Positions 28,101 to 41,300 of a stretch of 64,000 bases of DNA are shown one piece after another. The position numbers were made by a program, and so were the translations under genes. Each line of letters begins with the position of its first letter. The first letter of the stretch is position 1. Source of the stretch: Podarcis filfolensis (Eukaryota); NCBI GenBank assembly GCA_964270895.1, contig OZ185437.1. One strand, 5' to 3'. The notes beneath the pieces were generated by a model that was not told the DNA's origin, ran no database searches, and was given only the letters and a program-made list of their open reading frames with translations.

Positions 28101-31100
28101 AGGAGGGTGAGGCCACTGAGAGCTTGCACATTGTGGGTAAATCACAATTAGGCATGGCATGGCTAAATGCACCTATGCTCTGTCTTGGCAGAAGGCAAAT
28201 TCATATATATTTAGTTTATGGTTGTAAATACCCACCACCTCTCCCTTACATGATATTATGTGCACACACACACACACATATTTAAAGGAGGCCATTAAAT
28301 TGCTTGTTATTGCTTGTTAAGTAATGGCATTTCAGAAATAACTTGAGTGTAAAGCATACATTGTATTATAATAAAAATGCTGCATATAAAAGCAATGGCT
28401 GCGTATCTCTCCCATTTATTGATAAAACTCTGCTTAGACACTTGGCCAAGTACTGTATTTATAGTGGTGAGTGTCTCAACAGCTGATTTAGTGGGGACTG
28501 GAGAGAAGAGACATTGGGCCATCCATTTTAATGTATATGCAGCATTGGTGTGATTTTCAAACACAATTAGCAGCTGTTTATTTTCTTAAATACGTTTGAT
28601 AAATACAGTGGACCCTCAGGTTAAGTACTTAATTCATTCCGGAGGTCCGTACTTAACCTGAAACTGTTCTTAACCTGAAGCACCACTTTAGCTAATGGGG
28701 CCTCCCGCTGGCACCGCGCCGTCGGAGCACGATTTCTGTTCTCATCCTGAAGCAAAGTTCTTAACCTGAAGCACTATTTCTGGGTTAGCGGAGTCTGTAA
28801 CCTGAAGCGTATGTAACCTGAAGCATATGTAACCTGAGGTATCACTGTACATTGTGCTCACAAAAAGCAGACATATTGGCTAATCTATTCCTCTAAGAAG
28901 AGATCGCCAATGTGGTACCCTCCAGATTTTGCTGGACTCCAGCTTCCGCCATCCCATTGGCAATGCTGACTGGAGCTGATGTGGGTTGGAGTCTTAACAA
29001 CATCTGGACGGCACCATGCCTGCTGCCCCTGCTCCAGTTTGTACAAATCTGTGGGATTTAAAAGTCCAGTTGAGTATCATTAACACAGGTGGTTTTATCT
29101 TGTAAAACTGAGGCTGATTGTGTTCTCATTATGCGCCCTGCTGGAGAAAAAAAATATGAAATCTGTGGCAGAGTAACCCAAAGAATGGGGAATAACTTGC
29201 TGTGTCGTTATAGTTCTCAGTGAGTGGTTGGGAAACCAGAAAGATAGTCCTCCTCCCCCATCCATCTACTTTACTGAAGCAAAACTGCAATTGTGGCTAA
29301 GATTCACAGAATTGCTGGAAGATGCACTGAACGCTGTCAGGAAAAACCTGAGACCCTATTTTTGTGATTTGCAGAAGAACATGACTGGCAAGATTCTTGG
29401 TAACTTCTCTCTCTGTTGCCTCCAAAGTAACTTTTAAATTAGAAATATTAGAATTATTGCAAAGGGTTATACCATGCACCTGAAATTCAGCATTTTTATG
29501 AGACTGTTGAGGATCACTTCCTATTCCATAATATATGTATGGCTCAATTCTTATTTGATGTTCTGTTCTCAAGTACAGAATTCATGTGCACACAGCAAAC
29601 TATGAGGAGCATCTATGTAATTTTCGTGGTTGTCCCATTCGTTCAAGTCCCAATCATGAACAATGAGCTTGTATTTGTGGCTAGCCTAGATCATAGCTGT
29701 CAACTTTCAGATTTGAAAATAAGGGATCAGCAGCCTCACCTCCCAGGGACAGTCTACGGGATATCTAACAAACTGGGATAGCAGCAGGAAACAGCGCTGG
29801 AATAAGGGAATTTCCCGCAGCTGTGGCCTAGATCATGGTTAGCCTGGATGGCATATTTTCCTCTTTTCGGAGGAAACTTGCCTGTGTGCACTGCTTATAA
29901 GTGAGATGCTTAAGCCTAAAATGCATCTTATATGTTGGGCTGCAATTTCCACTCAAGAGGATGGAAAAAACCCTTTTGTTCAAAGATACTAACCCATATC
30001 TGCTGACTCTTGGTTTTTTGTTTAACCAAAATACAGTATCATATAATCAGGTGGAGTCAGTAAGGCAGCCTAAATGTTGTTTTTTGTTACCTTGCTTACA
30101 TTCCTAAATATGCTCAAGTTGGTCAAATAGATTAATGAGAAATTATGAGAAATGTCCCTCCTTAGCAGCAGGGTTTAGTGTAATCTGTTTGAGGACGAAA
30201 GCAATCCAGTGTTTTTCCTCTGCTACATAAAGACACATGGCTTGTTTGCTGAAGTAAGTTTGTGTACTTACTGTGTCATTGACCCCTACTTGTATGTAGG
30301 ACTGCACAGCAGCGTAATTTGCCTGAATACACTGGGTGTTCCTGAAGTTTGTGGAATTTAAGTCTTGTATGTTCTTGAAGGTCCTGACCTACTCCTGCTA
30401 CTTGATTGACAAGTGCAATTAAAGCTGGATGTGGTCATATTCATTCCTTGGGTACTAAAGTGAAAGATAATCAATTTCACCTAAGAAAGGTTAGCATCAC
30501 TTCATGGTGGGATCTACCAGCGATTAGGTCATGTGGAAAGCTCTGGCTAGCATATGATCAGCTGCAACACCAATGCCATAATGCATTTGAGCAGTGAGCT
30601 GGTGCCTTGGAACTGATGATTAGCCAGAGCAATTGTGTCGGCCTTGCTGTCAATTGCATGCTACACCTCATCAGATAATCTAGTTTGCTGTGGATCCCCC
30701 TTAGCTGTCCAAAATAAATAGATGAAATAAAATTGACTCCATCTTTAATGGCAAGTCTGTTGCATCTTAAAAGTGACTAATGTGTAACTATTTATGTGCA
30801 GGTCAAATTATGTTCGATGCTGTGAGCTGGTCAGATGTTCAAGAAAAGCAAAGAATAGCCGAGGTTTTGGTTGAAGGATTAGTTGAACTCTCAAGAGGAA
30901 ATGATGTAAGATAAGCTTATTCTATTTAAGTATAATGGTTATGCCCCTCAGTTTTGATTTTTGAAGCTTGTTCCCATTCCAGAGGCTATTGTGCTGTATT
31001 TAAGCCAATTTAATGGACTGTAACATTGGTGGGAGCAGAGAATATTCTCATTGCCAAGACCCTAATTGGCAGGCTTATGGATAAGAGGTCTCCTCTTTTT

Positions 31101-34100
31101 AGAAACTTTTATTAGCTGTGCTGAAACCTGGCCTTCAGTTTCTCAAAACTTTTATTCACCTGTAGAAGTGAGTTTCAATTTTCTGCTTCTTTCTTGGGGC
31201 ACTTTAGAATTTCTTTAAAATTTTGTGGGGCGTGGAGTTGAACTGAACTTATTGTTGAGAGATAGCTGAGGATGGTGTGTGGGTGTCTGTTTTTCCTTTC
31301 CATTTTGTGGCACTCAGCCTCCTGAGTGCTTCCTGAACTGAAAAATCCTCTTGACTATTAACTGAAGCACAGGAGGCTGCTTTATCAGACCAGGCCATGA
31401 AATACTGTTGTTGTGCAGCCTCCATTTATTGCTATGGGACTGTGCAAATCTAATTTAATTTAAAAGTGATATACGGACTACAGTTTATCTCTTATTAGCT
31501 GATATGACCGTTGACTGTCTATGCTTGGGAAAGGGGTGGCATGCATACTGCCATACGTTAACCTTTTATGATTTCTTAGGAAAACCCTTTTGAATTTCTA
31601 TCACGCTTCCTGATGAGGAAATGTAATAAAAAGGAAGAACTCAAAAGCCAGGTTCTGACAACTGAAAGCAATCCAGAAGCAAGCCTTGGTCTGTCAGTTA
31701 AGGTACAAAAGAGCCGCTTGTTAGCTTTGGGCAACTTCCATAGTTCTTCAAATACTTCCTCGTTTTGTTTTGGAACACTGTTCTTGGACAGGATTGAACA
31801 GCTTGCTCTAAGATAAGTGAAGCAATGCATATAAAGTAGTTTGAGTTCACGTGTACAATGATGTTCATAGCGTTTTTTTGATGTTTTATTTTAATATATG
31901 TTATTAACTCCCTCATATCTCACGACTGGGAGAAAAACATTGTATAATTTTATATTTTTAAAAAGTGTTCCCACTTAGGTTCTGTGCTCTAATTGGTAAC
32001 GGGATGATGAGTGACTTTTGAGTACAGAAACTTACAGCCGCAATGGCTGTTGTTTAGCTGGTGCAATACAAATGAAGCCTGTTTCTGTAGCTATAAAGCA
32101 AGTGTATTTCTGAATCTGTTTGAGAATAGCTTCAGTTTATATTCTCAGAATAAATCTATGTAGCAGCATAAGAATATTTAATGATATTACCTGTGAGAAC
32201 AAAGTAACAGCGCAGTCTTATACATTACTTAGAAGTAAGCTGCAGCGAGTTCATGGGGCTTGTTTCCAGGTGAATGGGTATAGCGCTACAGACTAAGAAG
32301 CTTTTCAGGTAACACAAACCTTTATGGTCTTCTTTTCTGCTTGCTTATTTATATATTTAGCTTACCTTAATAACAAACTGGGATCCCTTAGAAAATTATA
32401 ATCAAAACTTTTAAATATACTCAGATCATATCCCAGCTACTGAAACAAAACAAAACCCCTTTAAAAAGTGTTACTGATTTGTTTCTAATGTATCTTGGGC
32501 TTTCAGACCAGCAAACTTGATAAAGAGATAGAGAAGCGCAAAAGCTTTGCCAGAGAACTTCTCTTAAGTGAGAAGAACTATGTGAACATGCTGGAAATTG
32601 TACGAGATGTTTATGTTAAACCGCTAAAGGCCGCGCTGGCCTCACATCGAGTCATCCTAAGCTATGCCAATGTTCAGACAATCTTCTCTGATATCCTGAA
32701 CATCCTACAACTGAATAGGTAAGTTTCACTGGTTGTTCTGAAGCACATTTAGATTCTTGAAAAAAAATATATCCCAACACTTAAGGCCTGAATTCTAAAC
32801 AAAGTAGACGTGATTGGGATTTGGGATGCAGTATTTCTGAAAGACATCTACTTCTGAAAGACATCTACTTCCAGAAAGACATCTACTTCTGCTTCATTGA
32901 CTATGCAAAAGCCTTTGACTGTGTCGACCACAGCAAACTATGGCAAGTTCTTAAAGAAATGGGAGTGCCTGATCACCTCATCTGTCTCCTGAGAAATCTC
33001 TATGTGGGACAAGAAGCTACAATTAGAACTGGATATGGAACAACTGATTGGTTCAAAATTGGGAAAGGAGTACGGTAAGGCTGTATATTGTCTCCCCGCT
33101 TATTTAACTTATATGCAGAATTCATCATGCGAAAGGCTGGGCTGGATGAATACCAAGCTGGAATTAAGATCGCCGGAAGAAAAATCAACAACCTCAGATA
33201 TGCAGATGACACAACCTTGATGGCAGAAAGTGAGGAGGAATTAAAGAACCTTTTAATGAGGGTGAAAGAGGAGAGCGCAAAATATGGTCTGAAGCTCAAC
33301 ATCAAAAAAACGAAGATCATAGCCACTGGGCCCATCACCTTGTGGCAAATAGAAGGGGAAGAAATGGAGGCAGTGAGAGATTTTACTTTCTTGGGCTCCA
33401 TGATCACTGCAGATGGTGACAGCAGTCACGAAATTAAAAGACGCCTGCTCCTTGGGAGAAAGGCGATGGCAAACCTAGACAGCATCTTAAAAAGCAGAGA
33501 CATCACCCTGCCAACAAAGGTCTGTATGGTTAAAGCCATGGTTTTCCCAGTAGTGATGTATGGAAGTGAGAGCTGGACCATAAAGAAGGCTGATTGCCAA
33601 AGAATTGATGCTTTTGAATTATGGTGCTGGAGGAGACTCTTGAGAGTCCCATGGACTGCAAGAAGATCAAACGCATCCATTCTTAAGGAAATTAGCCCTG
33701 AGTGCTCACTGGAAGGACAGATCGTGAAGCTGAGGCTCCAGTACTTTGGCCACCTCATGAGAAGAGAAGACTCCCTGGAAAAGACCCTGATGTTGGGAAA
33801 GATGGAGGGCACAAGGAGAAGGGGACGACAGAGGACGAGATGGTTGGATAGTGTTCTCGAAGCTACAAACATGAGTCTGACCAAAATGCGGGAGGCAGTG
33901 GAAGACAGGAGTGCCTGGCGTGCTCTGGTCCATGGGGTCACGAAGAGTCGGACACGAAGAGTCGGACACGACTAAACAACAACAATTTCTGAAATTATTA
34001 GACATGGATCATTTAATATACCTGTGACCAGACATACTTGTAGACACATTTAACAGAATTTCATTATTACCAACAAGAGAAAAGCAGCCATGGGAAGCTG

Positions 34101-37100
34101 TGAGCTTCATTCAGTACAGGAACTAATGTTATTTAGCTAAAAACAAGACTGGGGTCATCATAAGCCTTGCAAATCTGGAACTATACTTGATGATCTGATA
34201 AAGCTGATAGTCTTTACTTGGACTTCAGTATTTTAGCTGGTGTTCAAACTACTCATTCTACATGTATATTTTCACCTTTGAATTTTTGTCTGTGGTTATT
34301 ATTATGATGTCTGTTTTGTTGCATACATTATAAAATAGTAATACAAAACTTTATACCAAAAAAATTTAAAAATAAATCCAAGACTGGGGAACCTGTGGCC
34401 TCTTCAGATGATTATAGAATTGTAGATTTGGAAGGGACCCTGAGGATCATCTAATCCAACCCTCTGCAATGCAGGAATATGCAGCTGTCCCACATGGCAG
34501 TGGTTTTCAACCAGTGTACTGTAGCACCCTGGAGTGCCTTGAATGATGGTCAGGGGTGCTGCAGGCATCCCTGGCCTCTGTCCCTCTTTCTTTCCTTCCT
34601 CCTCTGGTGCCCTCTTGTGTCTCCGCCTCCCAAAGGCTTGCACAGCTGTTTGTTGCAGCAGCTCTGGCTACAAGCTCTCCAGGCAAATGGTGCCTCTAGG
34701 GCTGGCCAGGGGGTGCTTCCCAGGCCCCTGCGGGGCAGTGTGAGAAGGCACCTCTCTTTGGGGGCAGGGGGAGCAGCTCAGAGACCAGGGACAGCAGCAG
34801 CAGCAGCTGCCCAGAGGATTCCCAAGGAGAGGGGAGAGGAGGCTGAGGGAACACAAGGGAGGGTGTTTGAAAAAGGGTGACAGTCTGCCAACTCTGCAGG
34901 CAAGGGGTGACATAACTGGGCTGCTGAGCCCCACAGGGGTGCCGCAGAAAGAATGTAGTTGGTCAAGGGAGCTGTGGACTTGAAAAGGTTGAAAACATCT
35001 GCCATATGGGGTTCAGATTGGCAAACTTAGCGTTCTCAGCACCACTCCCTAACCAACTGATGATGTTGATAGATTCCAACTTCCATCAGCATGGCCAGTG
35101 GTCAGGGATGGTGGTAATCCAGGGTACCAGCTCCTGGGGGCTGAGGCACTGTGCCCCCCCTTAATGTTCAGAGGGGCCCCCGTGTAATGTCAGAACATTG
35201 TGTCTGGTCCCCTCAATCTTCCAGAGACGGTAGCACCTCTGATGGTAATTGTACTCCAGCCACACCTGGAGAGACCCCAGTAAGCCACCTTTGGCTCTGT
35301 AGGATGGACATGGCTGTAGGCATAAGACAATATGAGAACATTGCTAAGATAGTATGAGAACAACCTCACGTGTCCCCGTTGTACTGGCATCTCCTTGATT
35401 GTGCTTCCCGTGGCCCAGTGGAAAATTGCACCCTTAAAGACAAGTTTCTATTGGCAAGGACTCAGTTTATACATATGATGTAACTTATTTCCTAGAGGCG
35501 TCTGCCTGGAACATTTAAAGACTTAACAAATGGCTGGTTAGGCAAGTTATCAAATGTGTTGAGGGTTTATAGGAGGACGTATGTTTATTACAGCTGATTT
35601 AATGCAGAAGACTCCCCAAAAATCAAACACAGAACTGTACACAGAAATATTATCAGAAGTGACTAAATGGCGCCACCGCATGTGACAGTATTGATGTAAC
35701 TGAGGGAGTAAAGAACCTTATACTTTCCATGTCTTTCTTGCTGGATTCTAATTTTCATTAACCCCAGGCAGGGCATGATGAGACTTGAGGCCAACAAGAT
35801 CTGATTGTAACCACTTGGGAGGTCAGGAAGCAATCCTACACACTTACCTGGGACAATGTACCATTTAAAACATTGGAATGAATGTTTAAGTATACATGCA
35901 TAGGATTGAAGTTTTAGAAGGGCTTCGTAGCTTGTAAAGTGGTGGTGTAAATCCTATTCATTCACCTTGTTCCCCATATTTCTGATTGTCTGCTGAAATT
36001 CTTCTCAGTGCTTGTGGGTGGAAGATGCTATGGATGGCCAGCTTACCACAGAACATACCTATATAGTAAGTTACTCATGCTGGATGCCTAGGGTGGACCA
36101 GACAACAGCATAACTTCACAGTAACTTTGCAGCCTTGGTATTTATGTCACTCGGCTTGCAGGAAAACATGTTGTCATCATCACTATCTGTTGGAACTTGC
36201 CTGGAACCTGATAGGAAGAGAGAAACACCCTTCTGTCTGTTTCACACAGGTGGTTTTCAGATGAGTTAACACAAAGACTTAATGAATGGAACCCAGCCCA
36301 AAAATTAGGAGACCTGTTCATTCAATTTTGCCAGCAACTTCAAACATACACAAACTTCTTCAACAATTATGCAGTAATTCTGAAAACTATAGACAAGGTA
36401 AGAACACACCAAACATTCATGACTCTCCTTCCACTGTAACATTTATTTTTTTAAACTGCCATGCTCACATATCTCCCTATCCAAAACAGCATCCAACAAA
36501 TAGTAACTAAATATTAAAGTGCATTTAAATATCTTTGGGAAAGTATATTTATGCTATATTCTGTTAAAAGAAAAAGTAAAGCTTAGATCTCGTAAGCAAG
36601 TAATCGGTTATAAGAATGTTTGTTTATTAGAAATGAATGAGGTCTGAATTTTGAGTAAGTCCTGTTTTATTGTGATTTTAGTTCTTATTTTTATATTAAT
36701 TGGTATATTTTCCATCATTAAAAATTAGATGCAATCAGGAAAACAATAAAGTTACCTTATGCAAACTGGATTACATGCCCGTATTTGTTTCACTGCTTTC
36801 TGCCCACCATGCCCTGTAGATAGTCTTAACATGATGCAATTTCCATGATGATCCTAGGCTGTGTTCTTCTACTGTATGATATAATGGGGTTGGGAATACT
36901 GGAGTGCAATAGCCCAGTAATCTGTGCACAAAGCATGTAATTTGGAAGTTCCCTTCCCACTCAGCCTTGTCAATCTGGCATCTCAGAGCCCTATCCTCCT
37001 GAGGATTTGTGTCACAACAGTTCAAGGTGCATCGTGGGAAAGGGCTTCACCAGCCTCAACTTTCAATATTGAAAGGGAAACTAAGTGTTGTACATTCTAA

Positions 37101-38331
37101 CTTGCCTAAATTAGGCTTGTCCATTAATCTCAGTGGGTCTGCGTTGTGTAAAACTAACATTGATTAAACCCCAAAGCACAAGAGGTGTCTGCAGCTTCAC
37201 AGCCTTACCAAAATGTCTTTGGGCTGCCCATATTTACTGAGCAGCTACTTGCCAGATGCTGACACCACTGTGAGCCGGAGTCTAAGGTTAAGTCTGCCTC
37301 AGTGCTGGAGGCAAAGGACAAGGTGTGCCACAGCAGCCCACAGAACTGGGTTATGGAAATGCTGCTGTTTGCTCCTTATTTGGTCCATAGTTTTATGGAT
37401 TACATCACACTGATGGTCAAAACCTTTTGCTTTCACAGTGCAGGGAGACTATTCCAGTATTTCGTGCCTTTCTGAAGAGACATGACAAGACTGTTGCTAC
37501 CACTATGAGAAGGTAAAGTCTTGTAGTTTAAAACAGGAAGGAGGACACTGCCAAAGCATGGGTGTTTTGTATATGCTAGAGGCAAAAATGGGCAGAGCAA
37601 CATATGTACATTTTACCTTTGTGCAGTAGGCTAGTTACTATGTACACACTTGTCTCTATTCTCCATCTAGACAAGCAAAGAGTTCAAAGGTACATTCCAG
37701 CCATGCAAAAACACTGAGGGTGTGAAGCAGGGAGCATAAGGGATATGGCCTGAGGAGAGTTTTGAGTGCCCGATAGGGAGGGCTAGAGGGCTGCATTTTA
37801 CCCCATGGCCTAAGGGTTCCCTGCCACCCGTTTCTTCAACGTAACTGTCCCTTCAAAAAGAGTGCAACCTCATCGAGAACAGGCAAACTGCTTACTTCCT
37901 GGACTTGTGAACCTCCTACCCACAGAACCTATGTCTTACCTGCTACACTAGGCCCCTAAGATATGGCTTGACATACCTTTGTTGGTCTTGGGACATGCAA
38001 TGCAATTTGCTACTTTTCTAATTAAAGCATGGATTAAGTGCATCTATGTAACACGTAGCCTCCAAGAATTTCTGTTGTGCCCATCTAAGAGGATTGAAGA
38101 GTACGTCACGCTCCTGTATGCTCTGAGGCTTCACACTCCTCCAGAACACACTGACCGTGAAGAGCTGACTCCCGCAATTAAGCAAATGAAACAGTTCAAG
38201 GATTACTTAGATCAGGTTTGTCTACTACATTTGTTTTAGCATGACGATCTTGCAGGGATCACTAAGGCACTCAGTAGTAAGTTGAGATTGGGGAGAGCCA
38301 ACATAATTCAAGTTTTGATTTTGGATTATTA

Positions 38332-38390
<59 letters not shown>

Positions 38391-41300
38391 CCACCCCTTA
38401 TTCAAATATCACAGGGCAGTTCACAACATAAAAATACAAAATGAGAACACAAAATACATAATAAAAAAAGGACCAAAACAAACCAATAACCCCCTCCTGC
38501 AAACACATTTAAAAGGCCATAGAATTCAGCTCAAGGCCTGGTTATATAGAAATTTTTTCATCTGGCACCTAAAGGTATGTAATGAAGGCAGCAGGGGCAG
38601 ATGGGGAACTTGTGGCTCCTCCAGATGCCGCTGGAGCTGCTGGGTTTTGGAGTCTTGAGGACATAAGTTTCCTCTCTCTGCCTTAAATGTTGCAAACAGG
38701 AATACAGGATATGTTGGAGGTTTTTTTATCCTGCCCTCCCTCCCAGAGAGGCTCAGGGAAGCAAACACTAAAATCGTAAATAATACAATTAAAAACATCC
38801 ACACACCCTCACAACTAATTACTTCAAGGTTGCCAGGAAAAGCATCTTTCAGCCATCAAATGCCTGAGTAAACATTTATTTTTTAAAAAAGTTCCTCCAG
38901 AAAGTTAATGATGAGTAAGACAAGACACATCTCACCAGAGAGGGCATTTTGCAAATGGGGAGCTACCTATGGGAGCGCCCTTGAAGGATGTTTGGCTAAG
39001 AGCATTACAGATAAGATCTCTCCTTTCATCCTCATCCTTCAGAAGCTAACTCACCTTATGTTTACCACACTAAATTTCTAGCTAAAACTGAACGTTGGCA
39101 GAGATGATCAGATATTAACTACACAAAGACGCATCCAAGGATGTCCTGTAAGTACTTTGTATTGACAAACGTAGTGTGATATAGAGGAAATGCATGTATT
39201 TGCGTGGTAAAGGCAGAATAATTTGCCGTGGAGTAGGTTGTGCTTGTGAATAACAAAGGAAAAGTAACTACTTTGTAAAAGTAGTAGTTTCGTCAAAAAT
39301 GAAGCACAAGATAAGTATTAAAAGAACACATGGCTATGGCATAGTGAACCCAAATGCATTTGGGAAGAGCTGATTCTAAGAGATAGAATATGCTGCATAG
39401 GCAATTTTTGTCTGTGAAACTGTGTGCCTTCGTGGATACAAAGCACATCATTGGGGTAAAGGGACATGTATAACCTTCCTCCCGATGTTTAACAGAAGTG
39501 TGTGATTTAACATACATCAGCAGCCGAGGACAACTAAACAAAAATAATCCAAATTTATCCAAATATTTTTAAATCTTTTCATGTTTAATCCACAGAAGTT
39601 ACTGAAAGCCAATAGGTATCTAATTGCGATGCAAGATGTAGCCCAGCTAATCTGCTGCTCAGAGAGAGTCCATATGTCGTTCAGGTAAATAGATAAAATA
39701 ATAGGAGGGTAGAGGAAGAAAAATGAGGGGTGCCTTTCAATGACTGGTTGCTAAATCTGTTTTGCATAGTTTATTATTTGTAGCTGAGGACTGTTATGTT
39801 TATGAATTGTTTGCACATGAATTATTCAGTTAATAAAGGAGAACCTACCGCTTAGATGCATTGATTTCTTTCTTTCTTTGCACAAAACTGGGTGAATTCT
39901 TTCCGCAGAAATGAACAGTGCTAATGATGAACTAACCGGCAATCAAGTCTAAGCTTTTGGGTGGGACAGGACACTCTGTGGTTAATGCCTTCTAATTACC
40001 TCTGGGTATTACTTTAATTGTATCAGTGGCCCAGAGATCATTCCTTCTAACAGAAAAAATATATATTTTTATTAGCCATTGGCTTATTGATTGATCCCCT
40101 AAGAAAGAGCCATTACTTTCAGGAATGTGTTGCAGGACAAGTTCTAATGCTTAAAACTGAAAAATTAGCAGAAAAATTAGCTTGAGACTTAAATAAGCAC
40201 ACTGAATTAAGAGTTACACTTTAACAAGTACAGGGTTACTGATTTTTTTTATTTTTTTTCCAATTAAACGTTTTCAAAAGCTTAATATACTACTGATTAA
40301 TATCTGTGTTAGTTTCTCTGAAGTCTAACATGGAAGACTAATCCTTTGTTTTCAATTTTGGCAGGCTGTATGAGCACACCCATGATCTTAGCCTCTTCCT
40401 TTTCAACGATATACTTGTTATCTCACAGCGCAGCATCTCTTACAAGCCATTCGAACGCATCTCACATGTTACTCACCAATTCTTGGCAGTGGTAACGCTT
40501 CATCAACTCCTGGTTGAAGATATTCCAGATTCCAAATGTGAGTTTTCTCCTACCCTAAAATGATATAAACATGGCACAAAATCTGTTAGGATATTTTAAA
40601 AAAAAGTATTTCAAATTAAAATTGTAATATTGTAACAAAATGACTCCTCATACCAAATACTTAGCTAGCATTGCAGGGTCACCTGGATATTCTTGAGCTT
40701 CTGTTAAAATTAAAACCAGTTGCAATAGTTAGGGAAATAGAGGTTAATTTGTATCAAGTGCAGATGAGATGGTATTCTTTTTCTGCCAAAGCTGATTGCC
40801 TAACAGCAGGTGAATTCTGCAATAGGAGCTTGTGTTAATGACAGTTGCCCTCAGAAATCCATCATAGTTTTCTGGAGATGGAAAAAATCTATCATATGCT
40901 TCTTCTAGGAGATCCACAGAAGCTCCAGAATGCCTTTGCTGGAAAGTCTCCATTACTGTCTTAAGGCTTTCCAAGTGCTTGCTTACTTTAAAACCAAGAA
41001 AATAAATACCTAAGAATGTTGCATGGTGAGGTCCACAATCCGAATGCATGTTTAGGAAAGATAGCTGCTCAGTATCCTTAGATCCAAGGGGAAAGAACTA
41101 TTATACCAGCAAGTATAGACAACAACTTTTCTGAATGCCTCGAAATCTGTGGAAGCTGCTGCTCCAGGCAAACTTCTCAAAACTCTGTGCAAGGACAGGA
41201 TATTGCTCTTCTAACGGATGCTGAGCAGCCCCAGTAATCCCTATATTTAAAGGACAGAAGGGGCTAGCAAAATGATTAGGGGCTTAATTTTTTCTTAATA

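Noticed and set aside
32839-32890. Three 17-18 bp direct repeats as a CRISPR-like array
   Set aside because: No spacers, eukaryotic context, and explained by the BovB 5' junction.
33426-33941. 171-aa minus-strand ORF (and 33000-33407, 33706-34005)
   Set aside because: Antisense shadows of the BovB reverse transcriptase frame.
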